A stretch of 47,802 bases of DNA from Bacillota bacterium (GTDB lineage: Bacteria > Bacillota > Limnochordia > DTU087). Position numbers and translations under genes: made by a program. The first letter of the stretch is position 1. Each line of letters begins with the position of its first letter. This document shows positions 10,820-19,875 of this stretch, one piece after another. The DNA is taken from positions 1 to 47,802 of the forward strand of contig JAAYGR010000139.1 in assembly GCA_012727675.1 (NCBI GenBank), given 5' to 3'. The notes beneath the pieces are model-generated. The model worked only from the letters and a program-made list of their open reading frames with translations. It searched no databases and was not told the DNA's origin.

Positions 10820-13417
10820 CTACCAAGCCATGAGATGAAGTCTTCCATCTATACTGTGGGCCAGCTGCCGCCCGGAGGCTGCCCATTGAACACCTCCCCG
10901 GATTCCGTCTGTCTCAGCACTGGCTAAGACCGCTGAACTCTTGGATTCCAGCTCCCAGATCCGCACTTCTCCTTTGCCGTCTGGCTGTTGGCTCACATAA
11001 GCCAGGAAGCCGCCGTCAGGAGACCAGATAGGACTTCGACCAGAAAAACGAGCTGTGATCTCATCAGTGACAACACTAACTACTACCACATCTTCACCGG
11101 CAGAAGCAGCCAAGTATCTCCCATCTGGCGACCAGCACAAGGATTCTACCCTGTCCAGTAAATCCACTTTGACAGCAGCTCCACTACTCAATTGGTAAAA
11201 CCATAAGGCCCCATCCCTGCTGAACGCGAGCTGCCGGCCGCTGGAACTTACCGCCGGCGTGCGGGCGCCGGTGATCACCGGTATGCTGACGCCATCTAGC
11301 GTACCGTAGATCATACCATTTTGGCTGAAAAGCACTAAGTCACTATCGGCTAACCATATGGGGGAATGGATGTCAGTTCCCTCTGCCAAGACAGAAATAG
11401 GAAGAGAATCGGTCCCAGCTGCAAGACTCGGTCCAATCTCAATTACCTTAAGCTGCCTCAGTCCGTCTTCATCCACCTTGCTGACGGCAGCTATCGCCGA
11501 GCCATCTCCTTTCCACACCGCATCCACCACCGGCTCTGCTAAAAGCTGCACCAGGCTGCCTGTGTAGATATCAAAGATCCACAGTCCGCCGCTTTCCTCT
11601 CCCTCGGTGCCGAAGGCAATGGATTTGCCGTCGGGAGACCATGCCAAGACATCCGTGACCTGTTGTACACCTTGGTCCGGTCCCAGCACAGCTGTCCAAT
11701 TAAGGACAAATCCCTTCTCCTCCCAAGGAAGCTGGGCCTCCATCACCTGAAAATAGTCTGCCAACTCTACAAGCTCTACATCTGTATAGTAATGCCGCAG
11801 GATCTCCTCAAATCCAAATCCTAGGCGGGACATATGGACGGCCCCTGCCTGAGATAAGCCTAAACCGTGACCGTTGCCATTCCCTACCGCCGAAACCTCT
11901 TTAATTTGCCCGTCGGCTTCTTGTACCTGAAGCTCAAAACGGGTGCTGGGAAGTATCCGTCCATCGGGCTGCCGGAGAACCCACCGGATCTTATCTTTTG
12001 TGACCCTGTACTCCAGTTCAGTCCCATCGGACATTCCGTAGGTAATCATAATTTCCTGAACCCTACCGAGATCATCCCGTTTCAAGACACTTAAGCCCCT
12101 CAGTTCGGCAGAATCAGGAACGCTCATGGAGAGCTCTGTCTGCAGGTACCTGCGAAGAAGGTCTGCCAGCACATCCCCCGGCCATTGAACCTCCCAGCTA
12201 TACCCAGGTCTATCCTTGCCCAACTCAACCATGGCATCAGTGGCGGGATCTACCGCTTCATCAGCCTTCGGTCTCAAGTAGCCGGAATATCGGGTTGACC
12301 AGACCTGTTCCGCACCGGCAGTTGCTCCGCCGCTGTTAGAATGATAAACCGCGCTGATTGCCCGTCCCTCATACACTAAGATAAGTCCAGTAGTGGCATC
12401 GACAGCCTCCCGGATAAGGTCAGATTCCCGCTCAAGCCCTTGGTAGACCTGACAGTGAACCGTAGCACACAGATCGAACCCTTCCCTGTCATGTTTGCCC
12501 AGGCTGTTGATGCTGTAGGTGCGGGCAGCTACTGCTTGAGCCGCCAGCGCAGCCAGATCATCCCGATTATTGCTGTAAAGCTCGGCCCCCAGTACACCGT
12601 ATAAGTACTGTTCAAGGTCGATGATATTGACGATCTGGATCTTTCCTTGTCCCAAGAAGGTCAGCCGCAGATGTCCCCGGTAGCTGCGGGGAGGGCTGCC
12701 CGGCAATTCCAAAGTCACTGGGTGGCCGTTTATAGGCTCAATCATCAGCTGGGGCTCTTCAATGAGAAGCAAAGCGGCGCCACTGTCATCCTCCAGCCGG
12801 AAGGCAGCCCCAGTACCCGCTGTCTGTTCACTGGGTTTTTCCTCCAAAATCTCAACCCTTGTTATCCATGCATCTTGATAGCCTAGATTCTGCAGCCTCG
12901 CCTTAAGGTTCTCTGCTTCCTCGGTGCTGGCGGCATTACCTACTTGAACCTTATACCAGGGCTCATCATGGATCACATAGCTGGAGACACCGCTGTCTGT
13001 CTCCACTTGCTGGCGCAGGGCTAAAGCGGCTCCTTCATCACGGACAGCTTTGATCTGCACCCTCCAAACGAGCGACGAGCGCCTTAGTCCCTGTCCGGCT
13101 TCACCAACTACCCGGATGGCCCTGGAAAACTCATCAAGAACCCCGCCCCTTGGCGTACTTACCCGAACCCCGTCCTTTGCTGAGATCCGGACTGCGCCCG
13201 ATATTTCACCTAAACCGACTGCCAATTGCCCACCGGCATCCCGCAGCTGCAGCACCCTCGATGGAGGAGCTGCTGACACTTTGCTCGCTGGGGCCAGTAA
13301 TAAGCATAAGACCAGCCCTAAGCAGGGCAAAGCCCTTCTAAGGTACTGCCCTCTAATGTACCGCCCCAAACTCAACTGACTGCCTCTTTTCCCCCGGCAG
13401 GCATTAATTCTTGCCAC
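10820..13417 (-). CDS. secreted SpoIID/LytB-domain protein with an N-terminal SPOR-like domain and a C-terminal TolB-like beta-propeller
   Basis: Three domains follow a signal peptide (LGLVLCLLLAPASKVSA):
- SPOR-like segment: WRVQIKAVRDEGAALALRQQ...YKVQVGNAAS.
- SpoIID/LytB core: AARTYSINSL...CATVHCQVYQG...YHSNSGGAT.
- PD40-type repeats: WSPDGKSIAF, WSPDGRYLAAS, WSPDGGFLAY.

The ORF track starts at TTG 13435. GTG at 13417 has GGGGGAGGT 7 nt upstream. Confidence 0.8.
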   Translation of the reverse strand: MARINACRGKRGSQLSLGRYIRGQYLRRALPCLGLVLCLLLAPASKVSAAPPSRVLQLRDAGGQLAVGLGEISGAVRISAKDGVRVSTPRGGVLDEFSRAIRVVGEAGQGLRRSSLVWRVQIKAVRDEGAALALRQQVETDSGVSSYVIHDEPWYKVQVGNAASTEEAENLKARLQNLGYQDAWITRVEILEEKPSEQTAGTGAAFRLEDDSGAALLLIEEPQLMIEPINGHPVTLELPGSPPRSYRGHLRLTFLGQGKIQIVNIIDLEQYLYGVLGAELYSNNRDDLAALAAQAVAARTYSINSLGKHDREGFDLCATVHCQVYQGLERESDLIREAVDATTGLILVYEGRAISAVYHSNSGGATAGAEQVWSTRYSGYLRPKADEAVDPATDAMVELGKDRPGYSWEVQWPGDVLADLLRRYLQTELSMSVPDSAELRGLSVLKRDDLGRVQEIMITYGMSDGTELEYRVTKDKIRWVLRQPDGRILPSTRFELQVQEADGQIKEVSAVGNGNGHGLGLSQAGAVHMSRLGFGFEEILRHYYTDVELVELADYFQVMEAQLPWEEKGFVLNWTAVLGPDQGVQQVTDVLAWSPDGKSIAFGTEGEESGGLWIFDIYTGSLVQLLAEPVVDAVWKGDGSAIAAVSKVDEDGLRQLKVIEIGPSLAAGTDSLPISVLAEGTDIHSPIWLADSDLVLFSQNGMIYGTLDGVSIPVITGARTPAVSSSGRQLAFSRDGALWFYQLSSGAAVKVDLLDRVESLCWSPDGRYLAASAGEDVVVVSVVTDEITARFSGRSPIWSPDGGFLAYVSQQPDGKGEVRIWELESKSSAVLASAETDGIRGGVQWAASGRQLAHSIDGRLHLMAW

Positions 13418-13488
13418 AAATCTTACCTCCCCCAAACGATGCCAGGCCTTCCTTCCCCTTCATGTCCGCCGTATTCCTGGGTAGATCA

Positions 13489-13523
13489 GCAACAAAGAAA
13501 AGGGCAAAGCTGCGCCTTACCCT
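13489..13523 (-). terminator. intrinsic terminator after ndk
   Basis: Minus-sense GGGTAAGGC-GCA-GCTTTGCCC (9 bp including two G-U pairs) followed by TTTTCTTTGTTG. Confidence 0.7.
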
Positions 13524-13561
13524 TAAATCTTTCCGCTGCCTCTCCCAGCCTATCGAAACCT

Positions 13562-13969
13562 TTAGTCGCCGAAAAACCGCTTGATCTCCTGCTCAGCTGC
13601 AGCAGGGCTGTCCGCGGCATGGACCATGTTATACGGGAGTTTGATGGCAAGATCTCCCCTAATTGTGCCGGGAGCTGCTTTGGCTGGATCGGTGGCTCCA
13701 ACCAGGGTCCGTACCTGCTGAATGGCATCATGGCCTTCCAAGACTGCCAAAACGACGGGACCTTTTGTTATAGCTTCCATGAGCTGCGGGAAAAACGGCT
13801 TGTCTTTGTGATGGGCATAATGCTCCTCCGCCGTTTGCTCTTGGATCTGGGTAACAGCTAACCGCTTAATCTCCAGACCCTTGCGCTCAAAACGTCCGAG
13901 GACTTCTCCTACCAATCTTCTTTCTACAGCTTCTGGTTTGATGATAACAAAGGTTTGCTCAACCGCCAT
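13562..13969 (-). CDS. ndk: nucleoside-diphosphate kinase
   Basis: MAVEQTFVIIKPEAV... with the active-site His in NMVHAADS. The start is moved from 14026 to ATG 13969, which has GGAGG 9 nt upstream. Confidence 0.93.
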   Translation of the reverse strand: MAVEQTFVIIKPEAVERRLVGEVLGRFERKGLEIKRLAVTQIQEQTAEEHYAHHKDKPFFPQLMEAITKGPVVLAVLEGHDAIQQVRTLVGATDPAKAAPGTIRGDLAIKLPYNMVHAADSPAAAEQEIKRFFGD

Positions 13970-14045
13970 GCTGTGATACCTCCAACGTTGGTTTCGGCGG
14001 CTCAAACTCGATTTGAGCCGCATCACTGCTGCACCCGCGAAGTGC

Positions 14046-15713
14046 TTACGACAACCCGACTATAGTTCCGTCTTCATCAATGTCAATTCTCTTAGCAGCC
14101 GGTTCCTTAGGCAAACCCGGCATGGTCATTACATCACCGGTGATGGGTACTAGAAAACCTGCACCAAGGGATGCCCTCACTTCTCTAACCGTCAGCGTCC
14201 AACCGGTAGGGGCACCCTTCAGACTTGGATTGTCTGAAAGGGAATGCTGGGTCTTGGCCACACACAGCGGCAGACGACCGAAACCCATGGCAGTAAGGTC
14301 TCTAATGTCTTGTTCTGCCCTGGAAGTGTAGGCAACGTCCTCTGCACCGTAGATTTCCTGGGCGAGTATGCCCATCTTCTCCTTAATGGGCAGCTTCCAG
14401 TCATACAAAGGTCGGAAGTGGTTTTCTTCCTCCAATGCTTCCAGGACGGCCGCTGCCAATTCAATGCCGCCTTCACCGCCCTTTGCCACAACTTCGGAAA
14501 CCGCAGCTCTAACCCCAAGTTCGCGGCAGCTTTGTTCAACCAACTCCAGCTCCTCCACATCATCGGTGGGGAACCGGTTTACTGCCACCACCACAGGCAG
14601 GCCGAATTTCTTAAGATTGATGATGTGTTTTTCAAGGTTGGCTAGGCCCCGCTTTAGGGCTTCAAGGTTGGTCTCTCCCACACGGTCCCTGGGAACCCCA
14701 CCGTGCATATTAAGCGCCCGGACAGAGGCTACTAATACCGCCACATCAGGAGTCAAGCCGCTGTAGCCGTGGACAATGTTAAAGAACTTCTCTGCTCCTA
14801 GATCAGCTGCAAAACCGCCTTCAGTCACTACATAATCGGAAAGCTTCAGTGCTAAACGGGTCGCAATGATGCTGTTGTTGCCGTGGGCGATGTTGGCAAA
14901 GGGACCGCCGTGGACAAAGGCAGGCTGGCCCTCCAGGGTCTGGACCAAATTGGGCTTGAGGGCATCCTTGAGCAGGACAGCCAGGGAACCGACGATACCC
15001 AGATCCCGGGCAAATACCGGCTCTTTACTGCGGTTGTATCCGATGAGTATCTGCCCCAACCGCTGTTTCAAATCCTCCATGTCCTCTGCCAGGCAGAGAA
15101 TTGCCATAATCTCTGAAGCTACGGTTATATCAAAGGCGGATTCCCGGACGACGCCGTTTCCAGGGCCTCCCAGACCGACAACTATATGCCGCAGCTGCCG
15201 GTCATTCATGTCCATGACCCTGCGCCACAATATCCGCTTGGGATCCAAATTCAGTTCATTTCCTTGGAAAATATGATTGTCAATGACAGCTGCCAACAAG
15301 TTGTGGGCTGTCCCCACAGCATGGATGTCCCCGGTAAAATGGAGGTTAATGTCCTCCATAGGTACTACCTGGGCATAACCACCGCCTGCTGCTCCCCCTT
15401 TAATCCCAAAGGTGGGACCTAAGGACGGCTCCCGCAGGCAGACAGTCACCTGCTTGCCCATCTCGCCTAATGCTTGGGTAAGGCCGATGGCAGTACAGGT
15501 CTTACCCTCCCCCGCAGGAGTTGCGGTGATTGCCGTTGTATAGATCAACTTCCCATTGGGGCGGTCCTTCACCCTGTCCCAGACACGGGGCCCAATCTTG
15601 GCCTTATACCTCCCGTATAGTTCCAGATCGTCTTCATCCAGCCCCAACAAAGCTCCAATTTCCTGGATCGGCCGCAGCTTCGCAGCCTGGGCAATTTGGA
15701 TGTCGCTTAACAT
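14046..15713 (-). CDS. fhs: formate--tetrahydrofolate ligase
   Basis: 555 aa. MLSDIQIAQAAKLRPI..., P-loop TPAGEGKTCTAIGL. Typical FTHFS over the full length. Confidence 0.97.
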   Translation of the reverse strand: MLSDIQIAQAAKLRPIQEIGALLGLDEDDLELYGRYKAKIGPRVWDRVKDRPNGKLIYTTAITATPAGEGKTCTAIGLTQALGEMGKQVTVCLREPSLGPTFGIKGGAAGGGYAQVVPMEDINLHFTGDIHAVGTAHNLLAAVIDNHIFQGNELNLDPKRILWRRVMDMNDRQLRHIVVGLGGPGNGVVRESAFDITVASEIMAILCLAEDMEDLKQRLGQILIGYNRSKEPVFARDLGIVGSLAVLLKDALKPNLVQTLEGQPAFVHGGPFANIAHGNNSIIATRLALKLSDYVVTEGGFAADLGAEKFFNIVHGYSGLTPDVAVLVASVRALNMHGGVPRDRVGETNLEALKRGLANLEKHIINLKKFGLPVVVAVNRFPTDDVEELELVEQSCRELGVRAAVSEVVAKGGEGGIELAAAVLEALEEENHFRPLYDWKLPIKEKMGILAQEIYGAEDVAYTSRAEQDIRDLTAMGFGRLPLCVAKTQHSLSDNPSLKGAPTGWTLTVREVRASLGAGFLVPITGDVMTMPGLPKEPAAKRIDIDEDGTIVGLS

Positions 15714-15967
15714 ATACAGCTCCCTTTCTCATCGGAGATAACATCCCGCTGGGTCTTCTTCCCATCATGGACAACACCTATGCATTCAGAGACTTTATTT
15801 CCACAAAGAGCCATGGGATCCTTTTCTATCTGATTTTACATAAACTGGCATCCCTGCCAACTATTGCCTAGATCGGTGTAGGAATGACTGCCTTAATGGC
15901 GAACTAGACAAGATGGAGGATTGGCTGACCTTCATCATCGACGGAACTAGTTCAAGGAGGAGCGCAC

Positions 15968-17080
15968 ATGAGAAACAATCGTAAGGGATTGCTCTTGGGC
16001 ATCGCCGTCCTGCTGGCCTCCGTAGGTATCCTTTGGTTTTTCAGGGTCGCTGATTCATGGCAGCGGATGGCATGGATCGTTGCCGCATTATTGGTAAACT
16101 TCCTCGTGACTACAATTGGTGCATATTACGGTAAGCAGAGAGTCGGAGATTACGAGGAGGTAATCAAGCAGCTATCGGAGGGCAGCTTCACCGGCGTTGA
16201 TACACTATCATCCAGTGATGACCGGATACTCGGTTCCTTAGGCGAGGCATTGGCCAACTTGGGCAGGAAATTACGGCAGTTTACAAACAACGCCAGGCAG
16301 ATTGTCACCGAACTTGTCCAGAGCGGAGAAGACCTTCTCACAACATCAGAGGAGATCAATGCATCGATACAGGAGGTAGCCAGTACGGCTAACCAGTTTG
16401 CCGGCACGGTTCAGCAGGTCAGTGCTACTTCTAAGGTGCTAGCTGAATCATCCACTAGAGTTGGAGAAACCACCATGGAGCATCTCAGCAGGATTGAAGA
16501 TGTAGTCAATCAGATGAACCAGATTGAAAATGCCATTATGGAACTGTCCAACATCAGAAAGGATCTCAGCCAGCGGTATGAGCAGATCAATAAGTTCGTG
16601 GGCGATATTACCGACATTGCTGAACAGACCAACATGCTGGCCCTCAACGCAGCCATTGAAGCTGCCCGGGCAGGCGAGCAGGGCCGGGGATTTGCAGTTG
16701 TAGCTGAAGAGGTTCGCCAGCTGGCAGAACAATCCGGGAGGGCAGCCAATGAGGTGCGGCGTGTGGTTGCCAATATTGCTGAGGGAGATGCCAAGGCCGA
16801 CAGTGCCTTGGAGGTCAATATCAAGGCAATCCACGACGGCAGCGAGATCCTTAGGTCCATGACCGACAGCTTTGTAGAGCTCAAGAAGGAAGTGGATGAC
16901 TCAATTTCCCAAATGCAGCATATCAATGCCGGCATTCAGCAGCTCAGCAGCGGCAGCCAACAAATTGCGGCCGCAGCCCAGGAACAGGCTGCATCCATCG
17001 AGCAAATTGCCGGCAAAGCCAGGACACTTAGTGAAATCGCAGAACGACTGCAATCCTATATCGAGGAATTTGGAAACTAA
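15968..17080 (+). CDS. methyl-accepting chemotaxis protein, short form without a periplasmic sensor domain
   Basis: Two TM helices separated by an ~8-residue loop, a HAMP-like segment, and the conserved signalling hairpin [45 protein letters not shown] Shine-Dalgarno. Confidence 0.9.
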
Positions 17081-17093
17081 CTTGACTCCCACC

Positions 17094-17126
17094 AAAAATC
17101 CCCGGCGGCAACCGCCGGGGATTTTT
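17094..17126 (+). terminator. intrinsic terminator after the MCP gene
   Basis: Perfect hairpin AAAAATCCCCGGCGG-CAA-CCGCCGGGGATTTTT. A/U tracts on both sides make it potentially bidirectional. Confidence 0.9.
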
Positions 17127-17153
17127 ACATCACACTTGGAAGGAGCCTGTAAT

Positions 17154-17512
17154 GATCTTCGCTCCGACCAACGTGCCTCCCTACAGATCCCGCAACAGCC
17201 TTCCGGCCGCTGCAGAACCTTACGGAAACCACGCTGATCTTTGCCCGACCTCCACGCATCGCGGTCGAAACCCATTATGACCTCTCGGCCATAATAGATC
17301 TCTAAGCAACCCGTGGAGATCTTGGTCCGGCTACTGCGGATTCCTTCAGCGCCGGCAATGACTTGACCAGCCATTACCGACACCTACGAGACCCGCAATA
17401 ACCTTGGCGCCGACCAAGACTGATCCAAAGACGAACCAGTCTTGATCTTTGCTCGACCCATACAGATCCATTCTAGAACCTGTATGGATCTTAACTCGAC
17501 CATTACAGACCC
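17154..17512. repeat. array of about 16 degenerate 15-16-nt motifs (approx. GATCYN5-6CGACC) phased every ~21-22 nt
   Basis: Clearest copies:
- 17154 gatcttcgctccgacc
- 17236 gatctttgcccgacc
- 17297 gatctctaagcaaccc
- 17318 gatcttggtccggc
- 17422 gatccaaagacgaacc
- 17444 gatctttgctcgacc
- 17465 gatccattctagaacc
- 17487 gatcttaactcgacc

Weaker copies lie between these. There are nine GATC in 337 nt. Confidence 0.6.
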
Positions 17513-17627
17513 CTTTTTGGCAACCCCATCTTTGGGGTGCACCCTTATAATGCCTCTTACCTAAACGAAATATACCCGGGCTGCAGAATACTTGCTGACA
17601 TATTTCGACAAACGTTCTACCCCAGAA

Positions 17628-17661
17628 TTCAAATAGGGCCGAAGCCTAAGGCTCCGGCCCT
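17628..17661 (-). terminator. intrinsic terminator after the sugar ABC operon
   Basis: Minus-sense GGGCCGGAGCC-TTA-GGCTTCGGCCC followed by TATTTGAATT. Confidence 0.7.
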
Positions 17662-17686
17662 ACAATAGTCTCGACTAGCTTGAGGC

Positions 17687-18655
17687 TTATCTGTAGCCCT
17701 GTTCTGCCAGTTCGATTACTCTCTGCACGTTGCTGGCATCGACAATACCTACACCAGAATCAATATCGCCAGGGGCAATATCGTACTCATGGTAGAGATA
17801 CAGTGCCAGAACTGGATAGAAGCCCTGCACGTAGGGGTTCTGGTCGATGGTAAACACAGTGTAACCATCGATGATGTTGTTCAGGGTTGCGGGAACGAGG
17901 TCAAATCCAGCGGAAACAACCTTTCCCTTCAATCCCAAGTTGCGCAGAACAACCCCGTGGCACTGGGTATTGGCGTCAACGTTGACAATAGCCTTTGCAT
18001 CTGGATTGGCAATTAGATAGGACTCCAGTACAGAGGCGCCCTGGGTTAGGTCTGCGGTAGTTACCAGTACAGTGTAATCGATATCGGTCTGATCTAGTAC
18101 TTCCGTTAGACCCTGCAGCCTTTCCTGCAGAGCAGTGTGGCCCAGGTCCTCAATGCCGATACCTACCTTGCCTTTGGTGCCAATGAGATCAACCAGCTTC
18201 CGGCCCAGAACTCGACCGGCTGCTATCTGACCCTGTCCGACGTAGGCCAGTCTGGGATTGTCCGGGCCAGCATCGGTATTGGTGGCGATCACCGGGATAC
18301 CTCTGGCGAGAGCCTGAGCGACCGGCTCGTCAAAGGCAGTTGGGTCAGGCAGAGTACTAATGATACCATCTACACCAGCTTCGATAACATTTTCCATGAT
18401 ATCCCGCTGTTCGGATACGTTAAACAAGCGGGGACCGGTATGTCTTACTGTTACCTCAACATTGGGGTTCGCTGCATTGATCATAGCAGCAGCATCCTGA
18501 GCACCCTTTACCAGCGGAACCCAGAAATCGATGGAAGCACTATGGGTAATGACTACAAACTCATAGGTTTTCTTCTCGGCAGCCATTACGGCAAAACTGG
18601 TCAATACAGTCAGAACAAGGGCGAGACCCAATGCTGCAAATAGTCGTCTCTTCAT
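17687..18655 (-). CDS. sugar ABC transporter substrate-binding protein (RbsB-like periplasmic binding protein family)
   Basis: Signal peptide MKRRLFAALGLALVLTVLTSFAVMA and type-I PBP fold pattern. The start is moved from 18685 to ATG 18655, which has AAAGGAG upstream. Confidence 0.85.
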   Translation of the reverse strand: MKRRLFAALGLALVLTVLTSFAVMAAEKKTYEFVVITHSASIDFWVPLVKGAQDAAAMINAANPNVEVTVRHTGPRLFNVSEQRDIMENVIEAGVDGIISTLPDPTAFDEPVAQALARGIPVIATNTDAGPDNPRLAYVGQGQIAAGRVLGRKLVDLIGTKGKVGIGIEDLGHTALQERLQGLTEVLDQTDIDYTVLVTTADLTQGASVLESYLIANPDAKAIVNVDANTQCHGVVLRNLGLKGKVVSAGFDLVPATLNNIIDGYTVFTIDQNPYVQGFYPVLALYLYHEYDIAPGDIDSGVGIVDASNVQRVIELAEQGYR

Positions 18656-18842
18656 CACTATGACTCTCCTTTCACTCAATCCCAATATAACTGCGTAACT
18701 TGCTGCTTAACCAGTATCCTAGGATCCTCCCGTATCTCCTCCTTTCCGAAATCATGAGATATCTCCCATATGTGTAATTGATATGGGAAGTAAAACCGAG
18801 GATAAGAGCATCTGTGCCGCCCATGGGACTTAGATAAAGCCC

Positions 18843-19862
18843 TTAGCGTTTTTCCCGATGGGAGTAGCTGCTCACCAATACTGCCAAGACCAATACTACA
18901 CCCGTAATCAGCTCAATCCAGTAGGCACTGGTGCCCATTAGGACCAGGCCGTTACGAATTATGCCCAGTACCAGCGCTCCCAGCATAGAGCCGAGGATGG
19001 TACCGACACCCCCAAGCATCGAGGTACCGCCTAAGACTGTTGCAGCAATCACCTGGGTCTCAATGCCTTGTCCAACAGTGGGAGTGACACTGCTTAAGTA
19101 TGACATGGAGATTATGCCTGCCAACCCTGAAATTACACCGATGATTACAAAGTTGGTAATTCTGACCCGGTCGGTATTGATACCGGCCAAGCGGGCCGCC
19201 TCTGCACTGCCCCCAACGGCATAGACTTTGAACCCATAACTGGTCTTATGGAGGACAAACCCTGCTACAATAGTTGCTCCCAAGAACCAAAGGCTTGGAA
19301 CAGGAATCCGCCCCCAAAGCCGTGCTCCGGTGAGCATAAAGAAGCTATCAGGCAAACGCACTGCAGCCGGGACTCCGCCGGAAACTACCAGGGCCATGCC
19401 GCGATAGATCATCATTGAAGCTAGAGTCACGATGAACGGCGGCAGCTGGCCTTTGACAGTTATTATTCCGTTGATCAGGCCGAGGAGCCCGCCCAAGATC
19501 AGTCCGATCAAACTGGCTAACCAGATATTCATGCCGTGGGTGTTAAACAGAATAGCTACCGACATGCTTACTAATGCAAATGTGGAGCCTATCGATAGGT
19601 CGATGTCCCTGGTAATGATCACAAAGGTCATTGCCATGACGATGATTCCGTTGATAGAAACTTGGCGAAGCACATTAAGCATGTTGGGCATTGTCAGGAA
19701 CGTTGTAGTAGAAACTGAGAAAAATACTGATATCAATACGAGAACCAGGAAAACGCCAAATTCCTGCCTCTGGAATAGCCGTCGATAAATTGGTACAGCT
19801 CCTGTTGCTTGGGCTGCTGGCCCTTCTGCCGCGATTTTTCCACTGGTCGATCTCATTGCCAT
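18843..19862 (-). CDS. sugar ABC transporter permease (RbsC-like)
   Basis: 339 aa polytopic membrane protein with a typical ribose-family permease sequence. Confidence 0.85.
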   Translation of the reverse strand: MAMRSTSGKIAAEGPAAQATGAVPIYRRLFQRQEFGVFLVLVLISVFFSVSTTTFLTMPNMLNVLRQVSINGIIVMAMTFVIITRDIDLSIGSTFALVSMSVAILFNTHGMNIWLASLIGLILGGLLGLINGIITVKGQLPPFIVTLASMMIYRGMALVVSGGVPAAVRLPDSFFMLTGARLWGRIPVPSLWFLGATIVAGFVLHKTSYGFKVYAVGGSAEAARLAGINTDRVRITNFVIIGVISGLAGIISMSYLSSVTPTVGQGIETQVIAATVLGGTSMLGGVGTILGSMLGALVLGIIRNGLVLMGTSAYWIELITGVVLVLAVLVSSYSHREKR

Positions 19863-19875
19863 CGTCCTCCTATCC

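Noticed and set aside
16901-17383. 160-aa minus-strand ORF covering part of the repeat island
   Set aside because: It reads antisense through the 3' end of the MCP gene and straight through a perfect terminator hairpin. It has no SD, and its Cys/Arg/Gly-rich composition is odd. It is most likely a chance ORF.
17154-17512. Degenerate CRISPR array
   Set aside because: The repeat copies are only 15-16 nt and highly degenerate, and spacing is ~21 nt rather than 60-70 nt repeat-spacer units. There are no cas genes and no leader. It is kept as an unexplained repeat array instead.
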